This document shows, piece after piece, positions 25,706 to 39,900 of a stretch of 64,000 nt of DNA (its first letter is position 1; the number at the start of each line of letters is the position of its first letter). A program made the translations under genes and the position numbers. The notes beneath the pieces were generated by a model. The model had not been told where the DNA came from, did not search any database, and was given only the letters and a program-made list of their open reading frames with translations. This DNA comes from Antedon mediterranea (taxonomy: Eukaryota > Animalia > Echinodermata): contig NC_092672.1 in the NCBI RefSeq assembly GCF_964355755.1, forward strand, positions 35,160,437-35,224,436, written 5' to 3'.

Positions 25706-26676
25706 TTAAGTATACTTCCATTGGGTACTTAATTAACAGAGTATTTTTAGCATTGAGATTGTTCTTAACATTTACATTATTATTCGAATACAAAAGGTAC
25801 TCAACGAATCTTAATATATACAACGACGAAAGTTTCCAATCGAATACGATAAATATTATTACTAAGTCGATGACCTTTGGGTCAAATGCAGAGAATTTAT
25901 TCACTTTCTAGTTGACCTTTGAACTTGACTAATCAAAATACTTGTATATTAAAAATGGTTATAATAAGCAGCACTTACATTAAAGCCCCAAAGGAAGGAT
26001 TTTGATATTGCCATCATTTCGGAAACATTACAGCTACCACTATGCTGCTCTCATAACAGAATCGTTATAATAATATTCCATAACACAGCTTTGTGAGAAA
26101 AAGTGAGTGAGTGAGAAGTTCAGAAAATGTCTACTATAAAAATCATCAATTAAAAAATTATCAAGCGAGTTGCTGAATATCTAAAATAAATCTCTAATAG
26201 TCATAAAATTGTAGTTTTTGTCTTTGTGTAAAACATTTCTCATCACAGGTGTTGGGTGTTTTATATACTGGAAGTTATACAACATATTAGAATCAATATA
26301 CCTCTACTCCAGTACAATGTGTACAAACTTATTAACAATATGGTTACTAAATTCAGAACAGTGATGGGTTGTTTAGATCTTGTATATAACACTTTATGGG
26401 CTGTTTTAGTAGTTGTATGAAAAATATCTTACAGTTTTGATATCAACAAAATTGATTGAAGTGTTTATCACCATTCGATCATTGGATTTTATTATGATAT
26501 AGGCCTAGATCTATATGAATGCTTTTGAAAATGTTCTATACTTTTAAATTATTATTGTATGAATAGCAGTTACAACCAAGGTAAGATATTAATCTTCGTG
26601 AAAAAAAGGAGTAAATTTATAATATTTTTGCACTAAAAAGAATTGTTTTTGTCAGAAAATTAAATGTCACATTTGA

Positions 26677-26685
26677 AGAGGGCGC
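26677..26685 (+). promoter_or_regulatory. AGAGGGCGC promoter motif of ANKRD13
   Basis: About 120 bp upstream of ATG 26803. Confidence 0.55.
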
Positions 26686-26802
26686 TACATAATTTCTTGA
26701 ATAATAGATTTCCGGGTTACCGAACGCACACGTCCTATGACGGAAAACAACCTTGTTTGGTTTGTTTTTTAATACTACTTTATTTAAATATAATACGAAA
26801 AA

Positions 26803-29800
26803 ATGTCTCAGAAGGCAACAAATGAAGATCTATATCCATATCATTGGCTTGTTTGGCACAACGATGTCCAGGCCCTTCGTAGAAAGCTGACCGAACTTGA
26901 CGATATTACTTTACAGGTAGGCCCATGCCTTGTTAACTTCTTGTCCATCCAAACAAACAAATTGTGTTAGAAATGATGTTCTTTCCCGCCACAATGTACC
27001 TATCGTATGACTAGAAAGATAATTGATCAGGCCTAGCGTTTTTCTAAAAGTCTACAAAATGTTGCCAGAACTGTATTTTTATTATTGTATATCATATAGA
27101 TGTTTATGTTTATAAAGTTTTTCTAGGTTGTAGTTAATTTGTAAAGCAGTAAATTTAGAATTAAATTATTGTTTGTTATTGTCTTATTGTTGTTTACATA
27201 ATACAGTGAAGTATATATATATATTTATTTTTAAAAAAGAGGCCTAATTATTGTTTTATATAATGTTATCTTATAATTATTAAATAATGATCGGTTTAAA
27301 TGTAGGGCTATATACTGTATTGTGTGATATGTTTTCATTCTTTTGAAAATTATTTCTAATATTGTTAGTTTGGTTTTTTTTTTATAGGATGTTCTCGCAT
27401 CTAAAGATCCGCGCGGAAGAACTCCTTTGCACCTTGCTGTATCACTAGGACACTTAGAAAGCACTAAACTTCTACTACGTCATGGGGGACTTGTAAATGA
27501 CGTGAACCAAGATGGGTGGACAGGTAAAACGGTGCCATTCATATCTTTCAAATTTAAACACTTAATATCTTGGTTCGGTATTCATTTATTCGTGGTCAAA
27601 CACAGTAAAATATGTACATGGTTTAAAATTATTTTTCTTCAAAGTTAAAAATTCACATAAAAAAATATAAAATGAATTTGGTTGATTCATTCAATATTAG
27701 TTGTGGCTTGGTGGTTATGATGCTTGGCTACCAATCCAATCCTGGGTTCAAGTCCTGTCATGTCAGGATTTTTTTTAATGACAACTTCATTCCCAAAGAC
27801 TAAGAAATAATAATCTTGTAATAATCTTGTGTATATACAGTATATGTTTGTCTTGAGGATGAGGATCTTTGCAAAACAATATGAATATTACTTTGGACAA
27901 AGTTAAACTTTGTAAATTAATTGATTATTTAATAGTATACTTGAAAATCATGACTACAGTAATAATGGATTGGCTGAATCATAGTCAATATCAAATCAAA
28001 TCAAATCAAAATTAACATTTGTTTCCTTAAATTGCAGAAAAGATAATATAACATAACAACAATGAAATGCAATAATAATGTTTAATAAAAAAGAAAGAAA
28101 AAAAGACAAGAAAATGTAACAACCAAATGATTACTTTCATCTCATTAAAAGAATGTTAATATTTCTATTTCGATATCTTTCTGTATAATAAAAAATTGAA
28201 AGCAAAAGGTGGCAACCTCTAAAAGTCTAGCCTGAGTGGAAGGAGCCATATATTAACTAAATTTCGAACAAAAAAATGCAATCACAATATCTAGTATGAA
28301 TTATTCTTTATGGTCCTAATTTTTTTTTTTAATTAATTTTTGAAATGCAATCAAATACATTTACTAATTTTGGGTTTAATTTTTAAAGAGTTTATTGGGA
28401 TATTTATTGCTGGATTGTTTAATTTTAAACAGCTCTACAAGAGGCAGTAACTAGTGGAGATCCCGAGATAGTGCAGTCAGTCTTACAGTATCGGGATCAT
28501 CAAAGAGCAACCTCAAGAATCGGAGGTATTCCGCAACTTCTTAAAAAATTAAACTCGGTAAGTTCTTCCTGAAGTTATAAAAGTAAACCATTTTAGGAAC
28601 CACCCCTTCGGCGTTGACATTTTTTTTTGTTAATTCAAAAGTGGTTTTACTTACTTGCTTCAACATTTAAAATCAAATGTATTTCAAAACATAGTGTAAT
28701 ATATTTGTTTCTAAAACATCCAGTTTTCATATTCTAATAGCCTGTCCTGTGATCTATAAATATTTATACTTGAGTTTTAGTGAGTTGTAACTTGTATATA
28801 ATAGATGTACATGGTGTAGAAGACAATGTGTTATATATGCTAACACATCATTAACATATATATGGGTTTTTTTTATGATTCAGGCTCCAGATTTTTACAT
28901 TGAAATGAAATGGGAGTTTACAAGTTGGGGTATGTTTTATTAAATATTGCTATTATGTATTATAACCCTCATTTATGTATGATTCAGAAACAGAAACAGA
29001 AACATCAGCTACAGCTACTATATAATATACAGTCAACTCTCCTAATACTGGTCTGGCCAAACATGTCTGGTTTTCTGAAAAGTCTGGTATTCGGAATGTG
29101 TTTTTAATGGTAACAATTTATTTGGGACCTTTTGGACCTCCCGAAAAATCTGGTTTTCAGAGAGTTTCCAGTTTTCAGAGAGTCCAGTATTGGGAGAATT
29201 GACTGTACTGTGTAATCAACATTATTAGAAGAATATTTTTTTTAACTTTAACACCTCTGGTCATCTTTAGTTTAACACCTCTGTTTAGCATTAATAGTGT
29301 ATCACCTGTGGTTTAACATTAGTAGATGAACACAAATTTATTAACTCATGAATGCTATACACTAATTGTTTAAACGTTAACATAGATGAGATAAGTGATT
29401 GGCCAAGCGGGTTTACGCAGTAGAACCATAATACCTTACCATATTAACAGGGGCAAGTGTTAGTACTATAAACCGTATTTCCAGTGTACACATCTTACTC
29501 ATGTGCACTTACCTAGTACATCTTTTGAGACGAGTAGGGGGTTACCCCGGTGTACTAGTACACACACAGCCACTGTCACACACGGAAACTTAATCATAAC
29601 TCATCAAGAGGGCCCCTTGATTGTCAGCATACACTGTTTAAGGTCACCCTCTATAAATATGGTGAAATAAAATTGTAAAAAATGTGACTCGCATGCTGTT
29701 GTAATTTATTTTAGTTCCTTTAATGTCAAGAATCTGTCCAAGTGATACATACAAGGTTTGGAAAAGTGGACCTAATGTTCGCATCGATACAACGCTCATT

Positions 29801-32800
29801 GGATTTGATAATATGAATTGGATAAGGGGCAGTCGAAGTTTCATATTTAAAAATGATGGTAAGAACATCTACATACTTGTTGTATTTGATCTAGTAGAAG
29901 TGCAGTATTGGTTTAATTAATTAGTAAATGTATTGTAGTCAAAAAAAACAATAGTATTAACAATAATATATTTAAGGGAAACAAAAGTGGTATAGCTTAA
30001 AGTGGATAGTTAAAGGATAGATTGCATATTTTTTTTCAAATCTACCACTTTTAGTCACGTGCAACAGCCCACTATGTCGGTCGGATGGTCAGTAAACACT
30101 AACTCAAATTTAAGTACGCGACTGCAGCCATGTATATGCTATATGTTCAGTTTTAATACAATAGTACTAATCTTGTTTGTATTGACCTTGTAGAATTAGT
30201 AATTAGTTAGTAAATGTATTGTAGACCATATTATTATACAATAGTATAAATAAAAATATAAAGCTTGGTTCCCACTAGCAACGCAACGCAAGGACGTAAC
30301 GCAACGCAAGTGAATTGACCAATCACAAGCGATGGCTTATTCGCTTGTGATTGCTAACTATCTATAACTTCGCTTGTCATTGGTTAAAACGCTTGCGTTG
30401 CGTTTACGTCCTTGCGTTACGTTCTAGTGGGAACCAAGCTAAAGGGAAACAAAAGTGGTATAGCTTGAAGTGGATAGTTAGGATATATTGTACATTTTTC
30501 TTTTTTTAAATATAGTATTTTTCGGTCTTAATGCATAGCCCTAATATTCATTTTGTTTTCCTGGATGATACAGAAACTTGCATTATAAAGCTCTGTCTAT
30601 ACTATCAAACAAGTTTGAAAATAAAAATGTGATCTACACAAATATGGTAGTGATATGCTCAAAATAATGACATGCCCAAATATAGTAGTGACATGCCAAA
30701 ATATGTTAGTGATATGCTCAAATATGGTAGTGATATGTCGTCATCATGACCATATATGGGCACATCACATCGTGATTACTTATGAAAATCAAACATATTA
30801 ATTTTTAGTCTTAAATTTGGGATTATATTTATTAGAAGTTGGATTGTTTTCAAGCATAGACTATATTCTATATAAGACAATGTCAAAAAACTGTCGGTAA
30901 TGCCTCCATAAATGTAAAATTTGTTTAATTTTAGCCAAATGTGAAACTGAAAACATTGAAAATTTGTTTAATTAACCATAATATCTGTTTTTCTTGTACA
31001 AACTGTAGAGGGCAGTAGGTTTAGCTTTCTAGAGGTGGATCATGATCGTCGTGTTCTATACACGGAAACACTGGAGCTGCAAGAGCACCACCAAGTTGGT
31101 AACATGATTCCGTCGGAGGATAGTATCGCAGCCCGAATAACCTCACCAGTCACAAACACATATATTGACACCGATAAAATAGAATTTACTAGGTAATTCT
31201 AATTTATTAAAGAAGATTTTAAAATTTGTTTTGGTATTTATATTTGTCCTCAAACTTAACTAGAAAATAAGGAAAAAAACGAATTAGGCCCTCCATGGAC
31301 CCACGGCAGACAGCAGTGCAGCACCTACCAGATCAGCACAGACGATCCCCTACTCTTTGCGAATAGTGTACCAAGTATACTATCTTGCCTAAAGCTCTGT
31401 CTACACTATCAAACTAGTTTGGCAAAAAAAGTATGATGTGCCCAAATATGGTAGTGATATGCCCAAATATGGTAATAATATGACATCATCATGTCCATAT
31501 ATGGGCACATCATATTTTTTTGTCACAAAGTTTGATAGTGTAGACAAGGCTTATGGATACAGTTATTTTATTTTTATTTTTATTTATTCAATTTCTGCCA
31601 TATACATAACAAAGAAGACAAAACAATTATAAAAGGAGGCACGGAAACACCAAACAGGTGCTAAACACCTATGCTAGTTGGTCAACCCAGAACAGAGAAA
31701 AATAAATAAATTACGTTCTACAATAAAAGCATCGACAAGAAAGCGACACTACACACATTTTCAATATCAAAATTATTTAAAAAATAAATATTGAGATAAT
31801 TAAGTAATTTGGTTTTAAAAGAACTAACAGAAATATTTAAGTTGCGGATTTTACTGGGTAAGTTATTCCAAATTCTGGTAACACTTGGGATATATGATTG
31901 AAAAGAAGATTCAGTTCTGCAGCGACGAATATCAAAAAGAGTACCAACAGAAGAAGAGCTACGAGTAACACGTTGTGGATTACGAATATGTCAATATTAT
32001 TATTATTATGTCAAATATTATGTCAAATTTCGCAGATTCTAGTGTTTTGAGAATAATATTTATTTTTTTTTTTAAATAGAAATAAAAGTGGAATTTGGGG
32101 ATGGAGACATGATAAAGTTGAAAGTGTGAATAGTTTTGAGTGTAAAGTGTTCAGTGCTGGCAATGTGCAATTAGTCACCAAAACAAGAACAGAACACCTA
32201 ACAGAAGCTGACAAGGAGAGGAACAAAGGTAGTACAGCTATCAACAAGCTTCTTTTAGATCATAGTAATCATAAAAAAATTAATGCTCTGTCTACACTAT
32301 CAAACTAGTTTGACAAAAAAAATGTGCCATATATGATAGTGATATGCACAAATATGATAGTGATATGACATCATGTCCATATATGGGCACATCACATTTT
32401 TTTTGTCAAACTAGTTTGATAGTGCAGATAGAGCTTAGGGGTTGTTGACAATAATTTATATGGCAAGTAACAAACATTGTACTGATAGATTAATTACATT
32501 AAACAGAGTTGGAGACAAATTCTATGGTTAGTGACGTAATATTTTCAATGGCTGCTGGTGACAACAAAAAAAGAATAATAGGTAACAAGTATTTGCAACA
32601 AAAAGTTGTGCTTGATATTGGACTATTCAACTATTATTGTTATTGGTATGAATAATATGTATTTTTTTCTTGACAATTTAGCTGAGACGGCCAGTATACC
32701 TTTTGCATCACCTCTGCAATCATTACTTGGAACAGCAGAGCAACAACAAGAGGAGATCATTGGAGAATCAGTAAGAACTGTGTTAAATGTTTATTATTGT

Positions 32801-35800
32801 GTATTTAGATTTAGAGCATTACTGGCTTATTGTCCCATCTGAAGGACGAGGAATGAAAGCAAAGCATTTTGCTTAAGGACACAAACAAGATGACATGTTG
32901 TGAATTTCAATCGGATTTCTTATTATTATAAATAAAAATAAATGAGTGTGAAATTAAAATTGAATATTTTTGTTTCTTTATCCTATTCAGCCAGAAGTGT
33001 CACAGGTTATCAACCCATCTAATCCATCGGATATTCGACCGGAAGACTACTTCAATCCGGACTACGACATAACCGGCCGCGACATCGGTCGACCTAAAGA
33101 GATGACGTCCAAAGTACAGAAATTTAAAGCGACACTGTGGTTAAGTGAAGAGCACCCTCTATCAATGCAGGAACAGGTGCTTCCGATTATTGACCTCATG
33201 GCTATTAGTAACGCACATTTTGCAAAACTACGAGATTTTATCACTCTACAACTACCATCAGGGTTTCCAGTGAAAATCGGTACGAGTCTTCATCTGAACT
33301 TAGTAATACTTTACTTTTACGAATAATAAAAGAAATATATCTTAATAGCTATTTGTGTAGGTGCTGTCTATTACCCAAATTTGTGTGTATAGAAATATTT
33401 TAGTTGTACTGGGCGACCTCTTCAGTCAACGACTGCTCTCCCAGAAGGCCCAGCTATGACCAGTGGCTGTGATGTACTAGTACACCAGGGTAACACCTGT
33501 TAGTCTCGAAAGATGTACTAGGTTCTTTAAAGGGCACATTAGCTAGATGCGTACACTGACCGACGATTTATAGTCTTTATCCGAGAAGACTCATTCTACC
33601 ACAAGAACCATGGAGCGAGTCGAACTCTTGCTGATGTTATGGCTACGTAATTACGGTTCCACTGTCTTAACCATTCAAAATAGTTTGACAAAAAAGAGAC
33701 CAAATATGGTAGTGATATGACATCACGTCATATAAAGTTTTATAGTGTAGATAGAGCTTTACACAAAAAAAATTAATTATTTTGATGTTTTTCATTTTAT
33801 AGAAATACCACTTTTTCATATTCTAAATGCAAGAATAACTTTCGGCAACCTTTACGCTTTAAAAGAACCAGTAGAAGGCGTTCTTGCTGTGAACGACAGC
33901 AAAGATACCGAGGATGGAACCGAGGTGGATGAAGTTACTGGTGCTAATAAAAAGTGTGTCGTCGATGCGAGTGTATTTGAAGCGCCACCAGGGTATAGTA
34001 AGATTAGGACGGACCAAGTTAGATATGAAGATGATGAGATGTTGCAATTTGCTATACAGCAGAGCCTGCTAGAACAGGAGAATGGCGGCGGCGGTGGCGG
34101 TGGTGGCAATAATGTGAGTCATCTTTTTGTACATTCAAACTTTTCCAGTATGCTGCAACTTAAAGATATATTGTCCCCCGAAAAAATAATTTTTTAAATT
34201 TTGTTTGTTGAATATGCCATTTTAATGTCCCATAATCGTGATTCACTTTGACAAAAAATTGGGTCGGCAAAAAAATTATTTACCTGAAAAAACTGAATTT
34301 AAATAAAAAAATAGTCAAATTGTCTGTCAGACTTTTTATAAACGAAATCATTTTTTTCATTTTTGTTTCTATTGAATTGAATAACTTTATTTGACTGCAA
34401 AATGGCCTATTAAAAGTCTGATTTTCCAGGATTTTGGTTGAGAATACATTTTTAATTTATTTTAAATTTTGTGTTTTTTAGTCGCGTGGAAGCGACTCTA
34501 TAGTTCACTATGTCGGTCGGTCGGTCTGTCTGTCGGTCGGTCCGGTATCACTATGCGTTTTATCGCTTTATGACCTTATCTTGATATCAGTTTAATCTAG
34601 CTAAGTCAATTTTTCACAGAATATTCCTTATGGCCAGGAATCGATGTGGTTATGTTTTCACGGTGCGCAATAAAAAATTACGCGGTCTACGCACGATTTA
34701 ACGAAATCACGTTTGTAATCATATCTTAACAACCATGAATCACAATTAAATAAAATTTGGTACTCATAAATTTCAGGGCATAAATCATCATATGGCAATA
34801 CAATTACGTGCGTAGCGCATGTAACGCATGCGTACGCGCGCTTAAAATTTTCAAAATTTATTTTCGATGAAATAAGAGTACGTTTCAGGCAATTTTAAGC
34901 ATTTACAAAACTGCCATGAGTGCGCAGATTTTTGCGCGGCGCACTGCGCGTTAAATGTTATTGCGCACTCTTTTTGCCCGATTTCTGTTTTCTTGACTTA
35001 CTTTTCAACTCGAAATTACGTTATACGAGCACGTCAAAAGTGACAGGCTACGCACGTGTAAATTAAAAAAATATAAATGTTTTTAAACATTTCAACATTT
35101 TTAAACATGTTCAGTAATTTCGGTCAGTATAGTTCACTATGTCGGTCGGTCTGTCTGTCAGTCTGTCTGTCTGTCGGTCTGTTTGTCTGTCGGTCCGGTA
35201 TCACTATGCATTGTAGCACGCGACTTAATGGCTGTTGGCCTTGTTTTCTCTCTCCTCAGTTGAATTCATGGAATCAAGCTGAAATGTTAAATGAACGCGT
35301 TGTAATTGGTCAAAGTGCAGAAGATGAAATCTTACAGAGGTATGACATCATAAAAATACAGAGTTGTTAAATATTGTTCATAAAAAAATAGTTTGAGATG
35401 AAAATAAACTATTCAGCATTAGAAAAGAAAAACAATTTTCTGTCTACTTACACTATCAAACTTTATTTAACAAAATATGTGATGTGCCCATATATGGACA
35501 TGATGATGTCATTTCACTATCAACCATATTTAAGCATATTACTACCATATTTGGGCATATCACAATTTTGTCTTCAAACTAGTTTGATAGTATGAACTGA
35601 GTTTTAGGGTTATAATGAATGTATTTTGTTTTGTGGCAGTCATTGTTTTGTCAGTGTTGGCTATCAATGATTTTAGTTTCATTATTAAGGTGAATAATCC
35701 ATGAAGCATACAAAAAAGGTGGGGAAAAAAAATGTGTTATTTAAAATTATTTTTTAAATCATTATCTTTGAATCTATCACCTGTCTTTCTGCAGAGTGAT

Positions 35801-36014
35801 CCAAGAGAGCCTTAGAGAATCACGACCAAATAATTTGAAAACAAACACAGGAGAGAAAGCTGTGCAGGTAGAGAGGCCAAGTCCTGTGATGGATGAACAG
35901 ATGTTACTAGCCCTACAGATGTCGCAGGAAGAGCTAGACGCACAGGAACGGCAACGCAAAGAGGAGGAGGATGAGTTACAGAGGATTATAGCACTCTCAT
36001 TGACGGAAAAGTAA
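26803..36014 (+). CDS. ANKRD13: Ankyrin repeat domain-containing protein 13 (A/B/D type, with C-terminal UIMs), 12 coding exons
   Basis: Exons 26803-26916, 27388-27523, 28433-28557, 28884-28929, 29715-29858, 31009-31192, 32080-32228, 32682-32770, 32991-33279, 33803-34113, 35260-35339, 35795-36014. Motifs [51 protein letters not shown], and UIMs [14 protein letters not shown] and [14 protein letters not shown]-like. Confidence 0.94.
29030..29205. mobile_element. Tc1/mariner (pogo/Tigger-like) MITE
   Basis: TA|CAGTCAACTCTCCTAATACTGG...CCAGTATTGGGAGAATTGACTG|TA. Confidence 0.8.
29395..29670 (+). mobile_element. Degenerate copy of the Nin/Deu-like SINE
   Basis: Core CTATAAACCGTA...CCTAGTACATCTTTTGAGACGAGTAGGGGGTTACCCCGGTGTACTAGT matches the 8336-8722 copy. 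Confidence 0.75.
30262..30440. mobile_element. Harbinger-like MITE, family B (degenerate copy at about 54836-54920)
   Basis: TIR AGCTTGGTTCCCACTAG, inner GCAAC/GTTGC repeats, nearly fully palindromic. Confidence 0.85.
31393..31551. mobile_element. Harbinger-like MITE, family A
   Basis: TIRs and internal 21-bp repeats. Confidence 0.8.
31565..31990 (-). mobile_element. 5'-truncated CR1/L2-group LINE (ORF2 C-terminus, 3' UTR and A-rich tail)
   Basis: Minus frame reads [56 protein letters not shown], typical of CR1-group ORF2 ends, followed by a stem-loop and an A-rich tail. Confidence 0.8.
33405..33676 (-). mobile_element. Nin/Deu-like SINE copy with a different 3' tail
   Basis: Head and core colinear with 8460-8700. 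Tail CTGGGCCTTCTGGGAGAGCAGTCGTTGACTGAAGAGGTCGCCCAGT. Confidence 0.75.
34475..35245 (+). mobile_element. Helentron-associated non-autonomous element (HINE/DINE-1-like)
   Basis: T-run insertion site, subterminal IR AGTCGCGTG...CACGCGACT, (GTCG/GTCT)n microsatellites near both ends, 3' GGC...GCC hairpin then TTGTT. A short relic lies at about 30049-30135. Confidence 0.7.
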
Positions 36015-36959
36015 AAGTGGGTTTGTTTGAAAGGTAGGCATTGTTTGAGTTCAAGAACAAGGTGCTTTACTTTTAAGAGAGGGCGTCTTCAAGTCAGCTG
36101 TACTGCAGTAGTACTGCAGTAGTACAGCTTTTAAAGATACTCTCATAAAACAAATATACAAACTGTTTTTGGTTCGTCCTTTGGATAGAATCTAACGCCA
36201 TTTGTTCTACACATGATCGGAACTTTTACACTGGAAAAAAAATGGATTCCTGGTGTGCCCGTAGCAGGCCTATTCCAATTTCTATGTTTTCTACCTAAAA
36301 ACTATTAAATATAAATAAAATTGTATATGCTACGCATGAGACATTCAATTTCCGTCCATAAAATTAAAGATTTACAATTAAAATCAATATTTTTGTGTTT
36401 ATCTAGGTTACATTAATGGAACATTATCTAATTTTATGTGTACATGTGGACGTAAGGAGACCTTAAAATACAGTTTATATTGAAGCAGACGAGACAGACA
36501 GCAAGCACTGACTGACAAGAGGTCTATTTCGATGAGGGCGCTGTCCCCGATTTTGATGGTAACACAAAAATATTCATCTAGTGATGTAATTAAATAGCCG
36601 ATTTTTGTTTTTTTCTTTGTAAGTTTGCAAGCAATATTGTTGACCTTTGACTGGAAAATGGATTGTAACCTCTGACCTCTGATTTGAGTAATCTCAGCAG
36701 ATAGGAGTGTTGCTCTATATAATTTGCCACTGCAATCAATGAAGTAATAATCAAAATCATGAGAACTTGAGATAAAATTACAACTACTGTATTTCAGTTT
36801 CTGATTTCTTAAGATATCCACTTCAGCATGGATACAAACCAACGAATGCCACCGGTTCATTTTTAAGAATAATATAGATTTTTATTTATGGTGTAGTATT
36901 AATTTGTGCAAATTGCCTACACGGTGTGGGCTAGTAATCTTTAAAACCTGTTGGTTTAA

Positions 36960-39900
36960 TAGTACTCTAATATTAACTTGTATTCTATTAGCATCCTGAA
37001 CTCTAATGGTACCCCATGTTCTAATAGTAACTTGAATTTCATTATTATCTATATTTAAACCAAATTTAACTTGTTAGTAATCCATGCTCTAATAGTAATC
37101 CTGTACTTCTTAGTAACCTCATACTTTAATGGTAAACCTATACTCTAATGGTAAACCTATACTCTAATGGTAAACCTATACTCTAATGATAACCCATACT
37201 CTAATGATAACCCATACTCTAATGGTAACCCATACTCTAATGGTAACCCATACTCTAATGGTAACCAATATTATAAAGGTAAACCCATACTCTATGGTAA
37301 CCATACTCTAATGGTAACCCATACTCTAATGGTAACCCATACTCTAATGGTAACCCATACTCTAATGGTAACCCCTTACACTAATAGTAAACCCATACTC
37401 CAATGGTAAACCCATACTCTAATGGTAACCCATATTCTAATGGTAAACCTATACTCTAATGGTAAACCTATACTCTAATGGTAAACCTATACTCTAATGG
37501 TAACCCATATTATAAAGGTAAACCCATACTCTATGGTAACCATACTCTAATGGTAACCCCTTGCACTAATGGTAAACCCATACTCTAATGGTAAACCATT
37601 ACTCTATTGTAAACAATGATACTCTAATGGTAACCCATGATACTCTAATGGTAACCCATATTCTAATGGTAACCCATATTCTAATGATATCCCATACTCT
37701 AATGGTAATCCCATACTCTAATGGTAACCCATACTCTAATGGTAACCCCTTACACTAATGGTAATCCATGATACTCTATGGTAATCCATGATACTCTATG
37801 GTAATCCATGATACTCTATGGTAATCCATGATACTCTAATGGTAAACCCATACTCTAATGGTAACCCCTTACACTAATAGTAAACCCATACTCTAATGGT
37901 AAATCCATACTCTAATGGTAAACCATTACTCTATGGTAACCAATGATACTCTATGGTAACCCACACTTGAATGGTAACCCATACTCTAATGGTAACCCCT
38001 TACACTAATAGTAAACCCATACTCCAATGGTAAACCCATACTCTAATGGTAACCCATGATACTCTATGGTAACCCACACTTGAATGGTAACCCATACTCT
38101 AATGGTAACCCATACTCTAATGGTAATCCCATACTCTAATGGTAACCCATGATACTCTAATGGTAACCCATGATACTCTATGGTAACCCACACTTGAATG
38201 GTAACCCATACTCTAATGGTAACCCCTTACACTAATGGTAATCCCATACTCTAATGGTAACCCATACTCTAATGGTAACCCATACTCTAATGGTAACCAA
38301 TATTATAAAGGTAAACCCATACTCTATGGTAACCATACTCTAATGGTAACCCATACTCTAATGGTAACCCATACTCTAATGGTAACCCATACTCTAATGG
38401 TAACCCCTTACACTAATAGTAAACCCATACTCCAATGGTAAACCCATACTCTAATGGTAACCCATATTCTAATGGTAAACCTATACTCTAATGGTAAACC
38501 TATACTCTAATGGTAAACCTATACTCTAATGGTAACCCATATTATAAAGGTAAACCCATACTCTATGGTAACCATACTCTAATGGTAACCCCTTGCACTA
38601 ATGGTAAACCCATACTCTAATGGTAAACCATTACTCTATTGTAAACAATGATACTCTAATGGTAACCCATGATACTCTAATGGTAACCCATATTCTAATG
38701 GTAACCCATATTCTAATGATATCCCATACTCTAATGGTAATCCCATACTCTAATGGTAACCCATACTCTAATGGTAACCCCTTACACTAATGGTAATCCA
38801 TGATACTCTATGGTAATCCATGATACTCTATGGTAATCCATGATACTCTATGGTAATCCATGATACTCTAATGGTAAACCCATACTCTAATGGTAACCCC
38901 TTACACTAATAGTAAACCCATACTCTAATGGTAAATCCATACTCTAATGGTAAACCATTACTCTATGGTAACCAATGATACTCTATGGTAACCCACACTT
39001 GAATGGTAACCCATACTCTAATGGTAACCCCTTACACTAATAGTAAACCCATACTCCAATGGTAAACCCATACTCTAATGGTAACCCATGATACTCTATG
39101 GTAACCCACACTTGAATGGTAACCCATACTCTAATGGTAACCCATACTCTAATGGTAATCCCATACTCTAATGGTAACCCATGATACTCTAATGGTAACC
39201 CATGATACTCTATGGTAACCCACACTTGAATGGTAACCCATACTCTAATGGTAACCCCTTACACTAATGGTAATCCCATACTCTAATGGTAACCCATACT
39301 CTAATGGTAACCCATGATACTCTAATGGTAAACCCATACTCTAATGGTAACCCATGATACTCATGGTAACCCATGATACTCTAATGGTAAACCCATACTC
39401 TAATGGTAACCCCTTACACTAATGGTAACCCATGATACTCTAATGGTAACCCATGATACTCTAGGGTAACCCACACGTGAATGGTAACCCACACTTGAAT
39501 GGTAACCCATACTCTAATGGTAAACCTATACTCTAATGGTAACCCATGATACTCTAATGGTAACCCATATTCTAATGGTAACCCATACTCTAATGGTAAT
39601 CCCATACTCTAATGGTAACCCCATACTCTAATGGTAACCCCATACTCTAATGGTAACCCATACTCTAATGGTAACCCATACTCTAATGGTAACCCCTTAC
39701 ACTAATGGTAACCCATACTCTAATGGTAACCCATGATACTCTATGGTAATCCATGATACTCTAATGGTAAACCCATACTCTAATGGTAACCCCTTACACT
39801 AATAGTAAACCCATACTCTAATGGTAACCCATGATACTCTATGGTAACCCACGATACTCTAATGGTAAACCCATACTCTAATGGTAACCCCTTACACTAA

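Noticed and set aside
31007-31016. AGAGGGCAGT motif (also GAGGGCG at about 36080 and 36534)
   Set aside because: Falls on a splice acceptor/coding junction or in a 3' region. Counted as background for the promoter-motif claim.
36408-36860. 150-aa minus-strand ORF
   Set aside because: No recognisable domain or splice context. It lies in the ANKRD13 3' region and is likely a chance ORF.
37167-39605. ORFs inside the 18-bp satellite
   Set aside because: Translations of tandem repeats.
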